Shown: positions 1-6,705 of the stretch, piece after piece
How the letters are laid out: the number at the start of each line of letters is the position of its first letter
How positions within the stretch are numbered: position 1 is the first letter of the stretch
Origin: Thraustochytrium aureum
Taxonomy: Eukaryota
DNA length: 20,000 nucleotides
Direction of reading: 5' to 3'
Assembly (NCBI GenBank): GCA_012862495.1
Contig: BLSG01000402.1
Coordinates: 655,835 to 675,834, forward strand
Notes under the pieces: model-generated
Databases searched by the model: none
Told to the model about the DNA's origin: nothing
The model's input: only the letters and a program-made list of their open reading frames with translations
Position numbers and translations under genes: made by a program

Positions 1-2
1 GC

Positions 3-326
3 GAACTTATCCACTGCAGGTACTTGGACGAGGCAGGTGGCGAGACTGCACTTCATGTCGATGAGGCGAACCGGCTCGCAAAGTACCAGTCCAAGTCGCG
101 GCCCGGCCAGCGCCAGCATGCGCTTGCCACAGAATCCGTGGTTTCGGTGCGGTGGTTTCGAGCTGCGGAGGGCAAACTCTGGTCTGGCTGGGCGCCCGGC
201 GCAGTGCTCGCAGCGACTGATTACTTTTGCTTTGTCGAGGCCATTATTGAGGGCTTTGGCGATGGCCCGACCGTCCAGCGAACCTGGCTCCATGTTCTGG
301 AGGATGCAGATAGACTCAACTACTAG
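3..326 (+). CDS. 3' end of a protein-coding gene entering from the left edge; possibly Tudor/SH3-like beta-barrel repeats
   Basis: The frame is open from base 3 (ELIHCRYLDE...) to TAG at 324-326. The translation looks protein-like and has a weak internal echo (LHVDEANRL / LHVLEDADRL). An AT-rich stretch (~430-456) follows and is shared with the convergent VWA gene end. Confidence 0.5.
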   Translation, partial: ELIHCRYLDEAGGETALHVDEANRLAKYQSKSRPGQRQHALATESVVSVRWFRAAEGKLWSGWAPGAVLAATDYFCFVEAIIEGFGDGPTVQRTWLHVLEDADRLNY

Positions 327-456
327 CTCGCTCAAGCTAGTAGCGAGCTCGACAGAGCGAGGCCAGTTTGGCCGCTCACTTCGTGCGGGGCAAAGAACAG
401 CACAATCCTGGTGGCTAGCTCATGGGAGTTGATTTTTATGTTCAAAAAAAGTGGGA

Positions 457-2448
457 TTAGAAAGGCCAGAGGTTCTTGAACAGGCCGCCGAAAATGCCAC
501 TGGCGGGTTCTTCGTCTGTGTCGCTTGTCCCATCGCCTCCAGAGCCCTCCACCCTGTCCGGCGACCCAAGGCTTTGCGTCGAAGCCGCTCTTTCGGCATG
601 GGCGGGCTGTGAGCTCATGCTGGTCGAAGTCCTCCGACCCGACGAAACGCGTCGAATGACTGCACTGGCCACGTTGCCAACAGTTGACCGTCGTCTGGGT
701 GCGCCCACTGATGCATTTCTCAGGGCGTTGTCGGAGAGACGTCGCTCCCCAGACGACTCCTCTTGCTCAGAATCAGCCTCCAGAACTCTCGCCATCTCGA
801 ACTCCTCAATCCTCCTCCGGACGTTGACCTCTCTCATGGCCTCTTGGATCTCTTTCTGCTTTTCAAGAAGGATCACGCGGAGTCGCGCTTTTGTCCCCGG
901 ATCCGCTTTGAACGAGCCGTCTTCAATCGCGACGAGCAGGTTGGCGATGAACTCGCTCGTTGAGGTACCGAAGGACATGGCTACCACAGACAAAGTGGTC
1001 ATGGTTGCTACTCCGTGCAGCAGTGTATACGCGACATCGCGCAGAGCGATGTCCAACTTTTGAAGCCATAGCTCTGTATCGCCCCCCTGCACGGCAGCAG
1101 CTTGGACAGTTCTCACCAACTTCTGAACCTCCTTCAGCTGGAGGATTGCTGCTTTCTTGCAAAATGGCTTGCCCACTAGGCGCCTTTTCATAGTCCCCTC
1201 GACGACCTCGGCGACCTCGGCGATCGCTCGCACAGCATGCTCTCGGCGGGAGCTGTTGTCGTCATGCGGTTCACGGACGATCAGTTCCTTTCGCAGCGCT
1301 GTGATCTTTCTGGCGGCAACAAAGCGCGTGTCGTGAGCCTCGGCCTTGTTGTGCAGGATGTGATCTCTGTCGGTTTCTACTGGGCTTTTGGTGCGCGGAA
1401 CGCTCAAAACGCGTCTCTGGGGGAGTCGGCCAGGAATGCCGCCGCTGTACTCGAACGTGACCAGGTCCTGTCGCTTGGCAGCTCCTGGTTGGACGATGAG
1501 TGGCAGGGTGAACGTCAACTCCTTGCTTGCAGAGAAATTTCCCCAGGTGTACTTGAAAACACGACCTTTTTCGATCTCCTCCGGGTGAAAGCCGCAAGCA
1601 AAATCTTTCGGTCTCGGCGAAAACCTTTTCGACTCTGCATCGATGGTTACGCCCTCTGCGGCGGTCACGGTCATGATGATCGGCTTGATGTCCAACGCCT
1701 CTCTGCTTTGCTCCCAAGCGAGGGCAAGTGCCAACGATGCCATGCCGACCTGGTCGTCAGCATCCAGCAAGTCAGTTGGGCAAGTAGGGTCTCCGCTTTT
1801 GGCAATCTCCGTCGCGAGAGTCTCAAGCGCCTCTGTATCGGCTTCCTCCCCGATGGCAAGAACCCAGAGTGTGGGGCAGTGCGCGAGCTCCGCATTGTCG
1901 GAGCGCTCAGAAATCATGTCGTTGACTTTGTCGGCTAGCTCGGCCATGTTCCTCTCCCCGCGATTCACGTAGCCGTCACAGGCCAGGAAAATCGCCGGGT
2001 TCGGCCAGGACTCTTGCAGCTTGGTCAGCTCCTCGATGGCCAACGTGAGGCCAGCTTCGACGTTCGTGACTCCTGAGCAAGGGAGCGAGTGCGGGTTCTG
2101 GAGGACCTCCTTCCATCGTTGCTTGTTTTGACTGGTTGCGTGCTCGAAAGGGATGACCACGGAAGCGCTGGTGCTAAATCGGATCAGTGAAAAGCGGTCG
2201 CCTTCAGTCATGCAGTCCAAGAAAGAGGCCATGGCTTGCACCATGCTGGTGATTCGGGTCGCCGTCCCGTCGACCATACCAGCCATACTTCCGCTTGTGT
2301 CGAGCACGACGCAAAAGTCGGTGCCCTTCGACGCGTACTCGGCAACCTCTTTTGACACTTTCATCGTGCCGACGACTCTGATTTCCTCTTCGTCGCACGA
2401 AATCGTCCCTCGCGACAGCAGTGGTTGGACCTGCACGGGGAGCTCCAT
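457..2448 (-). CDS. von Willebrand factor A (VWA) domain protein, 663 aa, with beta-rich and helical C-terminal regions and a Ser/Arg-rich tail
   Basis: Long uninterrupted ORF with complete MIDAS elements: DFCVVLDTSGSM (DxSxS), GVTNVEAGL (Thr) and IFLACDG (Asp), plus DRFSLIRFS and LWVLAIG strands. An in-frame stop lies upstream near 2561, supporting ATG 2448 as the start unless there is an upstream exon. Confidence 0.88.
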   Translation of the reverse strand: MELPVQVQPLLSRGTISCDEEEIRVVGTMKVSKEVAEYASKGTDFCVVLDTSGSMAGMVDGTATRITSMVQAMASFLDCMTEGDRFSLIRFSTSASVVIPFEHATSQNKQRWKEVLQNPHSLPCSGVTNVEAGLTLAIEELTKLQESWPNPAIFLACDGYVNRGERNMAELADKVNDMISERSDNAELAHCPTLWVLAIGEEADTEALETLATEIAKSGDPTCPTDLLDADDQVGMASLALALAWEQSREALDIKPIIMTVTAAEGVTIDAESKRFSPRPKDFACGFHPEEIEKGRVFKYTWGNFSASKELTFTLPLIVQPGAAKRQDLVTFEYSGGIPGRLPQRRVLSVPRTKSPVETDRDHILHNKAEAHDTRFVAARKITALRKELIVREPHDDNSSRREHAVRAIAEVAEVVEGTMKRRLVGKPFCKKAAILQLKEVQKLVRTVQAAAVQGGDTELWLQKLDIALRDVAYTLLHGVATMTTLSVVAMSFGTSTSEFIANLLVAIEDGSFKADPGTKARLRVILLEKQKEIQEAMREVNVRRRIEEFEMARVLEADSEQEESSGERRLSDNALRNASVGAPRRRSTVGNVASAVIRRVSSGRRTSTSMSSQPAHAERAASTQSLGSPDRVEGSGGDGTSDTDEEPASGIFGGLFKNLWPF

Positions 2449-2477
2449 CTCGCTGTGTCCAGAGGTTTGCTCGGCTT

Positions 2478-2646
2478 GCTGGTGCTGCTGGCGTATGTTG
2501 GTGCTGCTGGTGCTGCTGGCGTATGTTGGTGCTGCTGGTGCTGCTGGCGTATGTTGGTGCTACTAGAGCTGCTAGTGCTGCTGGTGCTGCTAGAGCTGCT
2601 GGTGCTGCTGGTGCTGCTAGTGCTGCTGGTAGACTGCTGGTGCTGC
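2478..2646. repeat. Compound minisatellite: 3 x 28-bp unit (GGTGCTGCTGGCGTATGTTGGTGCTGCT) followed by about nine 9-bp units of the GGTGCTGCT/AGTGCTGCT/AGAGCTGCT type
   Basis: Read directly from the sequence. The 28-bp unit is not a multiple of 3, which argues against a coding repeat. Confidence 0.93.
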
Positions 2647-3178
2647 TTGCACTGCTGGAGCTCGAATCCTTTCGGGAACTGCATGGCAACGTCTGGCTGG
2701 GCGTCGGTGCCACGCGGTCCGGTAGTATTCACATGAGCTCTTCGTGTCTTCTCAAGTGAAATCAAGATGAAAGCAAGGAAGGAACGACTCGGAGTAGGTA
2801 AAAGTTGCGCTTGTTCAAGCAAAAAGGTAGGTACTAGTAGGGAGTACTCTACCGGTCCTCTGCCGGCCGCGCACCGGTCGTGAGGGCATTCGCCTTTCCT
2901 CAGAACAGAAAACGGTGTGCGACAGATCCAGACTCTGCTGATGTGAGAGCGCAACCCAGGCCAGTGATCATGATGGATGACGCACGACCGACAAGCCGCC
3001 GCCTCGTCGTGGCCTTCGTGGCGAGAGCCGCGTGTGGCTCGTTCTCGACAGAACCCAAGGGTGACGGGCAAACCGAGTAAGCGACCAGCCGCCGAGCGGC
3101 TCGTGGCAGGACCTGGGTGGCGTGGGGACGCGCGCCTGCGTTTCAAGGCGTCAGAGCAGCGGGCTCGGCACGGTTGAG

Positions 3179-5107
3179 ATGGCCGAGTCTGTTGTGGCAC
3201 TGATAAAGGCGGCAAAGGATCTGCGAGCCACGGCGAAGAAGGCCAAGAACCTTGGGGACGAAGCGAAGGACATCGTTGACACGGTCGAGGCAGTGATAGA
3301 GAACCTCGAGCTGATTCCACCCGGCCCGCTGAGCGAGAAAAATGGACAGTACATCCGCCAGCTCAGCGGAATGGTCAGCAGTTTGGAAAGCGCGTTTGCA
3401 GCAATGTCGAAGAGCAAGCTGGACCTGCTCTGGGCAATGATAATGTTCAAGCGCAACAAGCGCAAGGTCCGACAACTAAACGAGAAGCTCATGAGAATGA
3501 TGCTGATGATTCTGGTGGACGCCAGTATCAAGCCAAGCGATAGGCTTGAGAGGTTGGAGTCGTCATCGGGAGACCTTGCGGACGGCGATCAAGACGAGGA
3601 GGACGACGCAGAGGTTCTTACCTCGCTTCGCAGCATCTGTACGAGGGATTCGTCGCTGCTGTCTTACTCAGAAGAAACCGTCATTGGCACTTCTTCCGCT
3701 GCGCGCGTCGTGCGGGGTGTCTTTGTAGAGTCTGACGTTGCTGTCAAGATCATCCACATCAGTGGTGAGAAGAGCTCGCTGGAGGAGGAGCTGGAGGTCT
3801 TTCGTGCTGTTGCCGAGTGGAGGCACTTTCACAACGAGTTCATGGCCCTCTGCCACGGCGTTGTCTCGCTTGGCGATCGCCATTCCGTCGCTGTCGTCGT
3901 TGACCTGGCTTCCTTTTCCCTGGCGGATTGCATCGGCACAGCACCAAGACAGAGCCTTAGTGACAACGAGATCCGTGCGGTCCTCGTAGACGCTGTGCGT
4001 GGGCTTGTCTTTCTGCACAGGGAGAAGCAGGCACATGGGCACTTGAAGCCGAACAATATCCTCGTCAAGGCCGGGCTTGGCCACCCCCGCGGGCTGCTGA
4101 CGGACATCGGGATTAACAGCTCTCCGCATGACGCGCTTTACAGCCCTCCAGAGGCAGACATCTCGATCAAATCGGACATCTTCTCGCTCGGTGTGATCAT
4201 TTTGGCGTGGCTTGCGCGTTCCGACTTGTTTCCAAATCGTAGCGAGACAGATATCCGGAAGGCAATCGAGGGTGGCGAGCTTCCTACGCCCCATCCGAAC
4301 GCTCCAAAACGACTCGTCGACCTTGCTCGGAGGTGCTGCGCCCTCAACCCTCTCGATCGCCCTCCAGTAGAAACCGTTCGAGTGACCTTGGCTTTGCCAC
4401 TGCGGGAGCTCCCTCGAAGGCGTTCGTCTGGGCACACTGAGAGCTCGGATCAGCCGGCGCCTTTGCCGGAACCATCGGTTCCCCAACGACAAAGGCCCAA
4501 AACGATTCTCTGTTTGCTTATTGGCGACAAGGCAGCTTTGCTTCGAGAGCAACTCTATGCCAGTCTACAGGATCGCCCCCAACCACGCGAGACCGAACCG
4601 GCTTTGCTAGCTGGCACCGGTCGGTTCCAACAAACGGAAATCAAGGTCGAGGTTGAAGGCCACACTGCGCGAGTCCGAATCCGCTGCGTGCGGGCCGAGT
4701 GGGACGGAAAGGATGCACAAGCTTTGGGCAGGCTCACTGGAACCAGAGACAGGCCTCCAGCAACGGCCATCATTTCCTACAACACATCCGACGAGGCAAA
4801 AGCGTGGGCTGCCCGGGCTGCCCGCGCGATTCGCAACGAGCATCCGCGTACAATCATCACTCTCGTTGGCTCCGCTGACGAAGCCGAAGCCGGCGGCGAG
4901 GACGAGATCGATCGCGTCACGGCAGAGCTTGGCATTCTCTCGAACGTCTTTGATGGGTCACGAAGCGTCACTAACGCGATTCTGCACGAGGCTGTACTCC
5001 ACACTCTGACCGAAGCGCAAGACAACGACCCCAGCGCGGGGCCTCGATCGTCGCTGCGTCGATCGCTTGGGCGGCTTGCTGGGCGCATTTCTGGACAGCG
5101 CAGCTGA
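3179..5107 (+). CDS. Multidomain protein, 642 aa: N-terminal helical bundle + protein pseudokinase + degenerate Rho/Ras-like GTPase domain
   Basis: First ATG at 3179. Kinase motifs: VAVK (3737-3748), HGHLKPNNIL (HGH at 4034-4042), DIG (4103-4111), YSPPE, SDIFSLG, CCALNPLDRP. The C-terminal ~170 aa follow the small GTPase strand/helix pattern (ILCLLIGD; IKVEVEGHTARVRI; AIISYN; HPRTIITLVG; ILHEAVLHTL). Confidence 0.85.
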   Translation: MAESVVALIKAAKDLRATAKKAKNLGDEAKDIVDTVEAVIENLELIPPGPLSEKNGQYIRQLSGMVSSLESAFAAMSKSKLDLLWAMIMFKRNKRKVRQLNEKLMRMMLMILVDASIKPSDRLERLESSSGDLADGDQDEEDDAEVLTSLRSICTRDSSLLSYSEETVIGTSSAARVVRGVFVESDVAVKIIHISGEKSSLEEELEVFRAVAEWRHFHNEFMALCHGVVSLGDRHSVAVVVDLASFSLADCIGTAPRQSLSDNEIRAVLVDAVRGLVFLHREKQAHGHLKPNNILVKAGLGHPRGLLTDIGINSSPHDALYSPPEADISIKSDIFSLGVIILAWLARSDLFPNRSETDIRKAIEGGELPTPHPNAPKRLVDLARRCCALNPLDRPPVETVRVTLALPLRELPRRRSSGHTESSDQPAPLPEPSVPQRQRPKTILCLLIGDKAALLREQLYASLQDRPQPRETEPALLAGTGRFQQTEIKVEVEGHTARVRIRCVRAEWDGKDAQALGRLTGTRDRPPATAIISYNTSDEAKAWAARAARAIRNEHPRTIITLVGSADEAEAGGEDEIDRVTAELGILSNVFDGSRSVTNAILHEAVLHTLTEAQDNDPSAGPRSSLRRSLGRLAGRISGQRS

Positions 5108-5191
5108 GACATGTAAAACATTTTGATCGCAGTCTCTCGCCTTACTACTTGGCGGCACATCCGCCCAAAACCCTCAGCTACACCATGCCGG

Positions 5192-6151
5192 TCACTGGTA
5201 GAGCTTGATGAGCTCATCTGAAACGGCCGAAGGCGTCAGCACGCCCAAGTCTGTGAAAATCAGCGTGATGTAAGCCGGCGGCGTGTAGTCAGTCAAGGGG
5301 TTTTCCACCAGGACGCCAGCTGCCTCGAGCTCGACACGGGCTCCTTCGTCGACGATGCTGGGGTCGTCACGCCTCTCCGGGGCGCGGTGATCCATGGCTG
5401 CCACCTCTCGCTGGCTCAGCGGAAAGGTGCGGGAAAACTTGAAGCTCTCGGCCGCGACGTAGAATGGCTTCATGTGCGCCTTGGCCATCACAGCAAGAGG
5501 ATAGGTGCCGATTCGGTTTGCGACGCCGCCATTCTCCATGATGCCTTCCGCGCCAACCACGACCAGATCGACACGCTCCATAACAAAGCCCACAGCGGAG
5601 TCGGGGACAACGGCGACCGGTATCCCCATCGCGGCCACGGTCTTGGCGAATCGGCAGCCCTCTGGCTTGCCCTCCATCACAATCGCGTCAAAGTTGCGTC
5701 CCTTTTCCAGCGCGCGACGCAGCACAGTCACCACTGCGCGAGAGTACCCGTGGCAGAGGACGGTTTGGCCATCACCGATAAACTTTGCACCAAAGCGAGC
5801 GACGCGGTCGCGGCTGGCCACGAGACGCTCGGCGAAGAGCTCGCCCCGTTGGATCAGCACACCTTTGAGGGCCTCGAAGTCGCCTTGCAGCACAAGGGCG
5901 CTCGAGCTGCGCGTCACGAACTTGAGAAACATCTCGCACGCCGCTTGCACGGGCACGGAAAAGTGCGCCCCAAAGCTCTCTCTCCCGTGCAGTGTCAGCT
6001 GCTGCGCCGCGTCGCGCAGCTCGTCGCCCAGACCCATGAGCGTCGCTGCGCGAGTAGCGACTAGCACGCCTCTCAGCGCCTTGATGGCAGCGATTGGCGG
6101 GGACACATCCGCCTCGCCGAGGGCGCGCGTGAAGTCGTCGACCACGCCCAT
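5192..6151 (-). CDS. EIF2B1: Translation initiation factor eIF2B subunit alpha (GCN3 orthologue), 319 aa
   Basis: IF-2B family motifs typical of the alpha subunit: IAAIKAL, VLCHGYSRAV, VDLVVVGAEGIMENGGVANRIGTY, KPFYVAAESFKFSRTFPLSQ, DYTPPAYITLIFTDLGVLTPSAVSDELIKLY. Confidence 0.96.
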   Translation of the reverse strand: MGVVDDFTRALGEADVSPPIAAIKALRGVLVATRAATLMGLGDELRDAAQQLTLHGRESFGAHFSVPVQAACEMFLKFVTRSSSALVLQGDFEALKGVLIQRGELFAERLVASRDRVARFGAKFIGDGQTVLCHGYSRAVVTVLRRALEKGRNFDAIVMEGKPEGCRFAKTVAAMGIPVAVVPDSAVGFVMERVDLVVVGAEGIMENGGVANRIGTYPLAVMAKAHMKPFYVAAESFKFSRTFPLSQREVAAMDHRAPERRDDPSIVDEGARVELEAAGVLVENPLTDYTPPAYITLIFTDLGVLTPSAVSDELIKLYQ

Positions 6152-6294
6152 CGCGCGTCTGGCCCAACCCTTCCAGGTTGCTCCTGCCCAACTCTCCTGT
6201 GGAACGCGCTGTGGAACACGCGGCGTCAGCCCGCCTGGTGCCGGGACCTGGCCGCCAGTGCGTCGAACGTCCTTGGGGGTCGAGGCTTACGCTG

Positions 6295-6342
6295 TCCTGT
6301 TGCTCGCGCTGTTGCTTGCGCTGTTGCTTGTCCTGTTGCTTG
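6295..6342. repeat. 4 x 12-bp tandem repeat ((TC/CG)CTGTTGCT(T/C)G) upstream of eIF2B-alpha
   Basis: tcctgttgctcg cgctgttgcttg cgctgttgcttg tcctgttgcttg, read directly. Confidence 0.85.
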
Positions 6343-6705
6343 TTTGGTGGTGTCGAGATCGATCCAAGGTCGTTCGTGTGGCGCAGAGAGAGCGCGAAGC
6401 CGCTGCTCGGGTTTCGGGTCGATCCTCTGCCATTGGCCCGTGCCAGCCCAGCCACCAAGAGGGCAGGTGAGGACTCTGGAGCAAGCACATAGCTTTACAG
6501 CTACAGCTGTACTCAATTGAAAGTAGAGCAAGAAGCGCACTCTGCTGGTGCTCGGCAAGTCGCTGGCTAATCGACCGCCCGTTGAAAGGCTTCGAAGCGC
6601 AGTGCGACCAGGACCGAATTGATTCCTTCTCGAGCACTCTCCAACCAGGCTGGTTGGTTCGTTGAAGAGCGACTTGTATGTGCAATTTCTTACTCGAGTA
6701 CTCAC

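Noticed and set aside
2204..3320. ORFs with poly-S/poly-Q/AP or LLVLL/CWCC runs (2204-2713, 2361-3320, 2421-2759, 2425-2736)
   Set aside because: They are translations of the minisatellite. The 28-bp unit cycles through frames and there is no domain signal.
3179..5107. Calling this a ROCO/LRRK or a conventional active TKL kinase
   Set aside because: No COR or LRR region is evident, the G-like domain lies C-terminal to the kinase, and catalytic residues are missing in both domains.
5387..6488. Long overlapping or antisense ORFs over eIF2B-alpha (and similar ones over VWA, LENG8 and LZTFL1)
   Set aside because: These are expected shadow ORFs in GC-rich coding DNA with no recognisable motifs.
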